Notes under the pieces: model-generated
Databases searched by the model: none
The model's input: the letters and a program-made list of their open reading frames with translations, nothing else
What the model was told of the DNA's origin: nothing
Part shown: piece after piece, positions 1 through 11,454 of the stretch
Layout: every line of letters begins with the position of its first letter
How positions within the stretch are numbered: the first letter of the stretch is position 1
From: Auanema rhodensis
Lineage: Eukaryota > Animalia > Nematoda
DNA: 64,000 bases
Reading direction: 5' to 3'
NCBI GenBank assembly: GCA_964057225.1
Contig: OZ059895.1
Coordinates: 4,216,001-4,280,000 of the forward strand
Position numbers and translations under genes: made by a program

Positions 1-351
1 AAAATCCGCATCGAATGCACTATACTACATTGAGAAACGCTTAATACAAAACTTAGTTATGATCGTTTGAAAAATGATGCATTAGTGTATGTTGAGTTTC
101 CATGTACACTCAACATTGCTTCCAAAAACATTTCGACAAAAATGTTTTCGAAAAATTTCAAAATAATTTAGCAAAAAGTAGATGTTTTTAGATTTCTTTT
201 TTTAAGGCAAAGACGATGGACAATGTTATTCAACGAAAAAATTAATTCTTCAGGGTGAAAATCGAGGATATAAGTGTGAACATATATCAGTTGATATCTC
301 GGTGCATTTTCAAGCTAGCGCAAATCTGATAACACAGATCGACGCAGCTTA
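1..351. repeat. Representative 351-bp monomer (phase arbitrary)
   Basis: Seen: hand count A130 T109 G58 C54; multiple A4-6/T4-7 tracts; stop codons in all six frames of the consensus. Confidence 0.98.
89..116. other. Perfect 9-bp inverted repeat ATGTTGAGT-N10-ACTCAACAT, present in each monomer
   Basis: Seen: 89-97 is the reverse complement of 108-116. Confidence 0.95.
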
Positions 352-617
352 AAAATCCGCATCGAATACACTATACTACATTGAGAAACGTTTAATACAA
401 AAATTAGTTATGATCGTTTGAAAAATGATGCATTAGTGTATGTTGAGTTTCCATGTACACTCAACATTGCTTCCAAAAACATTTTGACAAAAATTTTTTC
501 GAAAAATTTCAAAATAATTTAGCAAAAAGTAGATGTTTTTAGATTCCTTTTCTCAAGGCAAAGACGATGGACAATGTTATTCAACGAAAAAATTAATTCT
601 TCAGGGTGAAAATCGAG

Positions 618-639
618 GATATAAGTGTGAACTTATATC
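618..639. other. Perfect 9-bp inverted repeat GATATAAGT-GTGA-ACTTATATC (monomer positions 267-288), present in most monomers
   Basis: Seen: 618-626 is the reverse complement of 631-639 with a 4-nt loop. A minority of monomers, including monomer 1, carry ACATATATC with one mismatch. Confidence 0.95.
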
Positions 640-3600
640 AGTTGATATCTCGGTGCATTTTCAAGCTAGCGCAAATCTGATAACACAGATCGACGCAGCT
701 TAAAAATCCGCATCGAATGCACTATACTACATTGAGAAACGCTTAATACAAAAATTAGTTATGATCGTTTGAAAAATGATGCATTAGTGTATGTTGAGTT
801 TCCATGTACACTCAACATTGCTTCCAAAAACATTTTGACAAAAATTTTTTCGAAAAATTTCAAAATAATTTAGCAAAAAGTAGATGTTTTTAGATTTCTT
901 TTTTTAAGGCAAAGACGATGGACAATGTTATTCAACGAAAAAATTAATTCTTCAGGGTGAAAATCGAGGATATAAGTGTGAACTTATATCAGTTGATATC
1001 TCGGTGCATTTTCAAGCTAGCGCAAATCTGATAACACAGATCGACGCAGCTTAAAAATCCGCATCGAATGCACTATACTACATTGAGAAACGCTTAATAC
1101 AAAAATTAGTTATGATCGTTTGAAAAATGATGCATTAGTGTATGTTGAGTTTCCATGTACACTCAACATTGCTTCCAAAAACATTTTGACAAAAATTTTT
1201 TCGAAAAATTTCAAAATAATTTAGCAAAAAGTAGATGTTTTTAGATTCCTTTTTTCAAGGCAAAGATGATGGACAATGTTATTCAACGAAAAAATTAATT
1301 CTTCAGGGTGAAAATCGAGGATATAAGTGTGAACTTATATCAGTTGATATCTCGGTGCATTTTCAAGCTAGCGCAAATCTGACGCTTAAAAATCCGCATC
1401 GAATGCACTATACTTCATTGAGAAACGCTTAATACAAAACTTAGTTATGATCGTTTGAAAAATGATGCATTAGTGTATGTTGAGTTTCCATGTACACTCA
1501 ACATTGCTTCCAAAAACATTTCGACAAAAATGTTTTCGAAAAATTTCAAAATAATTTAGCAAAAAGTAGATGTTTTTAGATTTCTTTTTTTAAGGCAAAG
1601 ACGATGGACAATGTTATTCAACGAAAAAATTAATTCTTCAGGGTGAAAATCGAGGATATAAGTGTGAACTTATATCAGTTGATATCTCGGTGCATTTTCA
1701 AGCTAGCGCAAATCTGATAACACAGATCGACGCAGCTTAAAAATCCGCATCGAATGCACTATACTACATTGAGAAACGCTTAATACAAAAATTAGTTATG
1801 ATCGTTTGAAAAATGATGCATTAGTGTATGTTGAGTTTCCATGTACACTCAACATTGCTTCCAAAAACATTTTGACAAAAATTTTTTCGAAAAATTTCAA
1901 AATAATTTAGCAAAAAGTAGATGTTTTTAGATTCCTTTTTTCAAGGCAAAGATGATGGACAATGTTATTCAACGAAAAAATTAATTCTTCAGGGTGAAAA
2001 TCGAGGATATAAGTGTGAACTTATATCAGTTGATATCTCGGTGCATTTTCAAGCTAGCGCAAATCTGACGCTTAAAAATCCGCATCGAATGCACTATACT
2101 TCATTGAGAAACGCTTAATACAAAACTTAGTTATGATCGTTTGAAAAATGATGCATTAGTGTATGTTGAGTTTCCATGTACACTCAACATTGCTTCCAAA
2201 AACATTTTGACAAAAATTTTTTCGAAAAATATCAAATTAATTTAGCAAAAAGTAGATGTTTTTAGATTCATTTTTTTAAGGCAAAGACGATGGACAATGT
2301 TATTCAACGAAAAAATTAATTCTTCAGGGTGAAAATCGAGGATATAAGTGTGAACATATATCAGTTGATATCTCGGTGCATTTTCAAGCTAGCGCAAATC
2401 TGATAACACAGATCGACGCAGCTTAAAAATCCGCATCGAATGCACTATACTACATTGAGAAACGCTTAATACAAAACTTAGTTATGATCGTTTGAAAAAT
2501 GATGCATTAGTGTATGTTGAGTTTCCATGTACACTCAACATTGCTTCCAAAAACATTTTGACAAAAATTTTTTCGAAAAATTTCAAAATAATTTAGCAAA
2601 AAGTAGATGTTTTTAGATTCCTTTTTTTAAGGCAAAGATGATGGATAATGTTATTCAACGAAAAAATTAATTCTTCAGGGTGAAAATCGAGGATATAAGT
2701 GTGAACTTATATCAGTTGATATCTCGTTGCATTTTCAAGCTAGCGCAAATCTGATAACACAGATCGACGCAGCTTAAAAATCCGCATCGAATGCACTATA
2801 CTACATTGAGAAACGCTTAATACAAAACTTAGTTATGATCGTTTGAAAAATGATGCATTAGTGTATGTTGAGTTTCCATGTACACTCAACATTGCTTCCA
2901 AAAACATTTCGACAAAAATGTTTTCGAAAAATTTCAAAATAATTTAGCAAAAAGTAGATGTTTTTAGATTTCTTTTTTTAAGGCAAAGACGATGGACAAT
3001 GTTATTCAACGAAAAAATTAATTCTTCAGGGTGAAAATCGAGGATATAAGTGTGAACTTATATCAGTTGATATCTCGGTGCATTTTCAAGCTAGCGCAAA
3101 TCTGATAACACAGATCGACGCAGCTTAAAAATCCGCATCGAATACACTATACTACATTGAGAAACGTTTAATACAAAAATTAGTTATGATCGTTTGAAAA
3201 ATGATGCATTAGTGTATGTTGAGTTTCCATGTACACTCAACATTGCTTCCAAAAACATTTTGACAAAAATTTTTTCGAAAAATTTCAAAATAATTTAGCA
3301 AAAAGTAGATGTTTTTAGATTCCTTTTCTCAAGGCAAAGACGATGGACAATGTTATTCAACGAAAAAATTAATTCTTCAGGGTGAAAATCGAGGATATAA
3401 GTGTGAACTTATATCAGTTGATATCTCGGTGCATTTTCAAGCTAGCGCAAATCTGATAACACAGATCGACGCAGCTTAAAAATCCGCATCGAATGCACTA
3501 TACTACATTGAGAAACGCTTAATACAAAACTTAGTTATGATCGTTTGAAAAATGATGCATTAGTGTATGTTGAGTTTCCATGTACACTCAACATTGCTTC

Positions 3601-5232
3601 CAAAAACATTTCGACAAAAATGTTTTCGAAAAATTTCAAAATAATTTAGCAAAAAGTAGATGTTTTTAGATTCCTTTTTTTAAGGCAAAGACGATGGACA
3701 ATGTTATTCAACGAAAAAATTAATTCTTCAGGGTGAAAATCGAGGATATAAGTGTGAACTTATATCAGTTGATATCTCGGTGCATTTTCAAGCTAGCGCA
3801 AATCTGATAACACAGATCGACGCAGCTTAAAAATCCGCATCGAATACACTATACTACATTGAGAAACGTTTAATACAAAAATTAGTTATGATCGTTTGAA
3901 AAATGATGCATTAGTGTATGTTGAGTTTCCATGTACACTCAACATTGCTTCCAAAAACATTTTGACAAAAATTTTTTCGAAAAATTTCAAAATAATTTAG
4001 CAAAAAGTAGATGTTTTTAGATTCCTTTTCTCAAGGCAAAGACGATGGACAATGTTATTCAACGAAAAAATTAATTCTTCAGGGTGAAAATCGAGGATAT
4101 AAGTGTGAACTTATATCAGTTGATATCTCGGTGCATTTTCAAGCTAGCGCAAATCTGATAACACAGATCGACGCAGCTTAAAAATCCGCATCGAATGCAC
4201 TATACTACATTGAGAAACGCTTAATACAAAACTTAGTTATGATCGTTTGAAAAATGATGCATTAGTGTATGTTGAGTTTCCATGTACACTCAACATTGCT
4301 TCCAAAAACATTTCGACAAAAATGTTTTCGAAAAATTTCAAAATAATTTAGCAAAAAGTAGATGTTTTTAGATTCCTTTTTTTAAGGCAAAGACGATGGA
4401 AAATGTTATTCAACGAAAAAATTAATTCTTCAGGGTGAAAATCGAGGATATAAGTGTGAACTTATATCAGTTGATATCGCGGTGCATTTTCAAGCTAGCG
4501 CAAATCTGATAACACAGATCGACGCAGCTTAAAAATCCGCATCGAATGCACTATACTTCATTGAGAAACGCTTAATACAAAACTTAGTTATGATCGTTTG
4601 AAAAATGATGCATTAGTGTATGTTGAGTTTCCATGTACACTCAACATTGCTTCCAAAAACATTTTGACAAAAATTTTTTCGAAAAATTTCAAAATAATTT
4701 AGCAAAAAGTAGATGTTTTTAGATTCATTTTTTAAGGCAAAGACGATGGACAATGTTATTCAACGAAAAAAGTAATTCTTCAGGGTGAAAATCGAGGATA
4801 TATGTGTGAACTTATATCAGTTGATATCTCGGTGCATTTTCAAGCTAGCGCAAATCTGATAACACAGATCGACGCAGCTTAAAAATCCGCATCGAATGCA
4901 CTATACTTCATTGAGAAACGCTTAATACAAAAATTAGTTATGATTGTTTGAAAAATGATGCATTAGTGTATGTTGAGTTTCCATGTACACTCAACATTGC
5001 TTCCAAAAACATTTTGACAAAAATTTTTTCGAAAAATTTCAAAATAATTTAGCAAAAAGTAGATGTTTTTAGATTCCTTTTCTCAAGGCAAAGACGATGG
5101 ACATTGTTATTCAACGAAAAAATTAATTCTTCAGGGTGAAAATCGAGGATATAAGTGTGAACTTATATCAGTTGATATCTCGGTGCATTTTTAAGCTAGC
5201 GCAAATCTGATAACACAGATCGACGCAGCTTA

Positions 5233-8200
5233 AAAATCCGCATCGAATACACTATACTACATTGAGAAACGTTTAATACAAAAATTAGTTATGATCGTTT
5301 GAAAAATGATGCATTAGTGTATGTTGAGTTTCCATGTACACTCAACATTGCTTCCAAAAACATTTTGACAAAAATTTTTTCGAAAAATTTCAAAATAATT
5401 TAGCAAAAAGTAGATGTTTTTAGATTCCTTTTTTAAAGGCAAAGATGATGGACAATGTTATTCAACGAAAAAATTAATTCTTCAGGGTGAAAATCGAGGA
5501 TATAAGTGTGAACTTATATCAGTTGATATCTCGGTGCATTTTCAAGCTAGCGCAAATCTGACGCTTAAAAATCCGCATCGAATGCACTATACTTCATTGA
5601 GAAACGCTTAATACAAAACTTAGTTATGATCGTTTGAAAAATGATGCATTAGTGTATGTTGAGTTTCCATGTACACTCAACATTGCTTCCAAAAACATTT
5701 TGACAAAAATTTTTGCGAAAAATTTCAAAATAATTTAGCAAAAAGTAGATGTTTTTAGATTCCTTTTTTTAAGGCAAAGATGATGGACAATGTTATTCAA
5801 CGAAAAAATTAATTCTTCAGGGTGAAAATCGAGGATATAAGTGTGAACTTATATCAGTTGATATCTCGGTGCATTTTTAAGCTAGCGCAAATCTGATAAC
5901 ACAGATCGACGCAGCTTAAAAATCCGCATCGAATGCACTATACTACATTGAGAAACGCTTAATACAAAACTTAGTTATGATCGTTTGAAAAATGATGCAT
6001 TAGTGTATGTTGAGTTTCCATGTACACTCAACATTGCTTCCAAAAACATTTTGACAAAAATTTTTTCGAAAAATTTCAAAATAATTTAGCAAAAAGTAGA
6101 TGTTTTTAGATTCCTTTTTTTAAGGCAAAGATGATGGACAATGTTATTCAACGAAAAAATTAATTTTTCAGGGTGAAAATCGAGGATATAAGTGTGAACT
6201 TATATCAGTTGATATCTCGTTGCATTTTCAAGCTAGCGCAAATCTGATAACACAGATCGACGCAGCTTAAAAATCCGCATCGAATGCACTATACTACATT
6301 GAGAAACGCTCAATACAAAACTTAGTTATGATCGTTTGAAAAATGATGCATTAGTGTATGTTGAGTTTCCATGTACACTCAACATTGCTTCCAAAAACAT
6401 TTCGACAAAAATGTTTTCGAAAAATTTCAAAATAATTTAGCAAAAAGTAGATGTTTTTAGATTTCTTTTTTTAAGGCAAAGACGATGGACAATGTTATTC
6501 AACGAAAAAATTAATTCTTCAGGGTGAAAATCGAGGATATAAGTGTGAACTTATATCAGTTGATATCTCGGTGCATTTTCAAGCTAGCGCAAATCTGATA
6601 ACACAGATCGACGCAGCTTAAAAATCCGCATCGAATGCACTATACTACATTGAGAAACGCTTAATACAAAAATTAGTTATGATCGTTTGAAAAATGATGC
6701 ATTAGTGTATGTTGAGTTTCCATGTACACTCAACATTGCTTCCAAAAACATTTTGACAAAAATTTTTTCGAAAAATTTCAAAATAATTTAGCAAAAAGTA
6801 GATGTTTTTAGATTCCTTTTTTCAAGGCAAAGATGATGGACAATGTTATTCAACGAAAAAATTAATTCTTCAGGGTGAAAATCGAGGATATAAGTGTGAA
6901 CTTATATCAGTTGATATCTCGGTGCATTTTCAAGCTAGCGCAAATCTGACGCTTAAAAATCCGCATCGAATGCACTATACTTCATTGAGAAACGCTTAAT
7001 ACAAAACTTAGTTATGATCGTTTGAAAAATGATGCATTAGTGTATGTTGAGTTTCCATGTACACTCAACATTGCTTCCAAAAACATTTTGACAAAAATTT
7101 TTTCGAAAAATATCAAATTAATTTAGCAAAAAGTAGATGTTTTTAGATTCATTTTTTCAAGGCAAAGACGACGGACAATGTTATTCAACGAAAAAATTAA
7201 TTCTTCAGGGTGAAAATCGAGGATATAAGTGTGAACATATATCAGTTGATATCTCGGTGCATTTTCAAGCTAGCGCAAATCTGATAACACAGATCGACGC
7301 AGCTTAAAAATCCGCATCGAATGCACTATACTTCATTGAGAAACGCTTAATACAAAACTTAGTTATGATCGTTTGAAAAATGATGCATTAGTGTATGTTG
7401 AGTTTCCATGTACACTCAACATTGCTTCCAAAAACATTTTGACAAAAATTTTTGCGAAAAATTTCAAAATAATTTAGCAAAAAGTAGATGTTTTTAGATT
7501 CCTTTTTTCAAGGCAAAGATGATGGACAATGTTATTCAACGAAAAAATTAATTCTTCAGGGTGAAAATCGAGGATATAAGTGTGAACTTATATCAGTTGA
7601 TATCTCGGTGCATTTTCAAGCTAGCGCAAATCTGACGCTTAAAAATCCGCATCGAATGCACTATACTTCATTGAGAAACGCTTAATACAAAACTTAGTTA
7701 TGATCGTTTGAAAAATGATGCATTAGTGTATGTTGAGTTTCCATGTACACTCAACATTGCTTCCAAAAACATTTTGAGAAAAATTTTTTCGAAAAATATC
7801 AAATTAATTTAGCAAAAAGTAGATGTTTTTAGATTCATTTTTTTAAGGCAAAGACGATGGACAATGTTATTCAACGAAAAAATTAATTCTTCAGGGTGAA
7901 AATCGAGGATATAAGTGTGAACATATATCAGTTGATATCTCGGTGCATTTTCAAGCTAGCGCAAATCTGATAACACAGATCGACGCAGCTTAAAAATCCG
8001 CATCGAATGCACTATACTTCATTGAGAAACGCTTAATACAAAACTTAGTTATGATCGTTTGAAAAATGATGCATTAGTGTATGTTGAGTTTCCATGTACA
8101 CTCAACATTGCTTCCAAAAACATTTTGACAAAAATTTTTGCGAAAAATTTCAAAATAATTTAGCAAAAAGTAGATGTTTTTAGATTCCTTTTTTTAAGGC

Positions 8201-11200
8201 AAAGATGATGGACAATGTTATTCAACGAAAAAATTAATTCTTCAGGGTGAAAATCGAGGATATAAGTGTGAACTTATATCAGTTGATATCTCGGTGCATT
8301 TTTAAGCTAGCGCAAATCTGATAACACAGATCGACGCAGCTTAAAAATCCGCATCGAATACACTATACTACATTGAGAAACGTTTAATACAAAAATTAGT
8401 TATGATCGTTTGAAAAATGATGCATTAGTGTATGTTGAGTTTCCATGTACACTCAACATTGCTTCCAAAAACATTTTGACAAAAATTTTTTCGAAAAATT
8501 TCAAAATAATTTAGCAAAAAGTAGATGTTTTTAGATTCCTTTTTTAAAGGCAAAGATGATGGACAATGTTATTCAACGAAAAAATTAATTCTTCAGGGTG
8601 AAAATCGAGGATATAAGTGTGAACTTATATCAGTTGATATCTCGGTGCATTTTCAAGCTAGCGCAAATCTGACGCTTAAAAATCCGCATCGAATGCACTA
8701 TACTTCATTGAGAAACGCTTAATACAAAACTTAGTTATGATCGTTTGAAAAATGATGCATTAGTGTATGTTGAGTTTCCATGTACACTCAACATTGCTTC
8801 CAAAAACATTTTGACAAAAATTTTTGCGAAAAATTTCAAAATAATTTAGCAAAAAGTAGATGTTTTTAGATTCCTTTTTTTAAGGCAAAGATGATGGACA
8901 ATGTTATTCAACGAAAAAATTAATTCTTCAGGGTGAAAATCGAGGATATAAGTGTGAACTTATATCAGTTGATATCTCGGTGCATTTTTAAGCTAGCGCA
9001 AATCTGATAACACAGATCGACGCAGCTTAAAAATCCGCATCGAATGCACTATACTACATTGAGAAACGCTTAATACAAAACTTAGTTATGATCGTTTGAA
9101 AAATGATGCATTAGTGTATGTTGAGTTTCCATGTACACTCAACATTGCTTCCAAAAACATTTTGACAAAAATTTTTTCGAAAAATTTCAAAATAATTTAG
9201 CAAAAAGTAGATGTTTTTAGATTCCTTTTTTTAAGGCAAAGATGATGGACAATGTTATTCAACGAAAAAATTAATTTTTCAGGGTGAAAATCGAGGATAT
9301 AAGTGTGAACTTATATCAGTTGATATCTCGTTGCATTTTCAAGCTAGCGCAAATCTGATAACACAGATCGACGCAGCTTAAAAATCCGCATCGAATGCAC
9401 TATACTACATTGAGAAACGCTCAATACAAAACTTAGTTATGATCGTTTGAAAAATGATGCATTAGTGTATGTTGAGTTTCCATGTACACTCAACATTGCT
9501 TCCAAAAACATTTCGACAAAAATGTTTTCGAAAAATTTCAAAATAATTTAGCAAAAAGTAGATGTTTTTAGATTTCTTTTTTTAAGGCAAAGACGATGGA
9601 CAATGTTATTCAACGAAAAAATTAATTCTTCAGGGTGAAAATCGAGGATATAAGTGTGAACTTATATCAGTTGATATCTCGGTGCATTTTCAAGCTAGCG
9701 CAAATCTGATAACACAGATCGACGCAGCTTAAAAATCCGCATCGAATGCACTATACTACATTGAGAAACGCTTAATACAAAAATTAGTTATGATCGTTTG
9801 AAAAATGATGCATTAGTGTATGTTGAGTTTCCATGTACACTCAACATTGCTTCCAAAAACATTTTGACAAAAATTTTTGCGAAAAATTTCAAAATAATTT
9901 AGCAAAAAGTAGATGTTTTTAGATTCCTTTTTTCAAGGCAAAGATGATGGACAATGTTATTCAACGAAAAAATTAATTCTTCAGGGTGAAAATCGAGGAT
10001 ATAAGTGTGAACTTATATCAGTTGATATCTCGGTGCATTTTCAAGCTAGCGCAAATCTGACGCTTAAAAATCCGCATCGAATGCACTATACTTCATTGAG
10101 AAACGCTTAATACAAAACTTAGTTATGATCGTTTGAAAAATGATGCATTAGTGTATGTTGAGTTTCCATGTACACTCAACATTGCTTCCAAAAACATTTT
10201 GACAAAAATTTTTTCGAAAAATATCAAATTAATTTAGCAAAAAGTAGATGTTTTTAGATTCATTTTTTCAAGGCAAAGACGATGGACAATGTTATTCAAC
10301 GAAAAAATTAATTCTTCAGGGTGAAAATCGAGGATATAAGTGTGAACATATATCAGTTGATATCTCGGTGCATTTTCAAGCTAGCGCAAATCTGATAACA
10401 CAGATCGACGCAGCTTAAAAATCCGCATCGAATGCACTATACTTCATTGAGAAACGCTTAATACAAAACTTAGTTATGATCGTTTGAAAAATGATGCATT
10501 AGTGTATGTTGAGTTTCCATGTACACTCAACATTGCTTCCAAAAACATTTTGACAAAAATTTTTGCGAAAAATTTCAAAATAATTTAGCAAAAAGTAGAT
10601 GTTTTTAGATTCCTTTTTTCAAGGCAAAGATGATGGACAATGTTATTCAACGAAAAAATTAATTCTTCAGGGTGAAAATCGAGGATATAAGTGTGAACTT
10701 ATATCAGTTGATATCTCGGTGCATTTTCAAGCTAGCGCAAATCTGACGCTTAAAAATCCGCATCGAATGCACTATACTTCATTGAGAAACGCTTAATACA
10801 AAACTTAGTTATGATCGTTTGAAAAATGATGCATTAGTGTATGTTGAGTTTCCATGTACACTCAACATTGCTTCCAAAAACATTTTGAGAAAAATTTTTT
10901 CGAAAAATATCAAATTAATTTAGCAAAAAGTAGATGTTTTTAGATTCATTTTTTTAAGGCAAAGACGATGGACAATGTTATTCAACGAAAAAATTAATTC
11001 TTCAGGGTGAAAATCGAGGATATAAGTGTGAACATATATCAGTTGATATCTCGGTGCATTTTCAAGCTAGCGCAAATCTGATAACACAGATCGACGCAGC
11101 TTAAAAATCCGCATCGAATGCACTATACTTCATTGAGAAACGCTTAATACAAAACTTAGTTATGATCGTTTGAAAAATGATGCATTAGTGTATGTTGAGT

Positions 11201-11454
11201 TTCCATGTACACTCAACATTGCTTCCAAAAACATTTTGACAAAAATTTTTGCGAAAAATTTCAAAATAATTTAGCAAAAAGTAGATGTTTTTAGATTCCT
11301 TTTTTTAAGGCAAAGATGATGGACAATGTTATTCAACGAAAAAATTAATTCTTCAGGGTGAAAATCGAGGATATAAGTGTGAACTTATATCAGTTGATAT
11401 CTCGGTGCATTTTTAAGCTAGCGCAAATCTGATAACACAGATCGACGCAGCTTA
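5233..11454. repeat. Tandem duplication of a 9-monomer block (period 3111 bp = 6x351 + 3x335)
   Basis: Seen: ORF starts 5414/8525, 6802/9913 and 7488/10599 are all offset by 3111. Rare markers TAATTTTTCAG (approx. 6161 and 9272) and TTTTGAGAAAA (approx. 7772 and 10883) share that offset. Confidence 0.93.

Noticed and set aside
124-203. Helically phased A-tracts giving strong curvature
   Set aside because: Tract starts are spaced about 9-14 bp (mean near 12), not a clean 10.5-bp phase; cannot be supported without modelling.
1-351. Tandem 5S rRNA, tRNA, snRNA or spliced-leader gene array
   Set aside because: The unit length is compatible, but I recognise no 5S/tRNA/snRNA/SL sequence, no convincing Pol III A/B/C boxes and no GC-rich structured core. 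An Rfam/Infernal scan would settle it.
482-514. Heat-shock element or CENP-B box in the TTCGAA region
   Set aside because: The spacing does not fit nGAAnnTTCn (TTCGAA has no spacer; GAA-AAAT-TTC has four), and there is no TTCGNNNNANNCGGG match.
4720-4740. 1-bp deletions in homopolymers (here T6 for T7, and A4 for A5 near 38100)
   Set aside because: Both are singletons in homopolymer runs and are indistinguishable from sequencing or consensus error.
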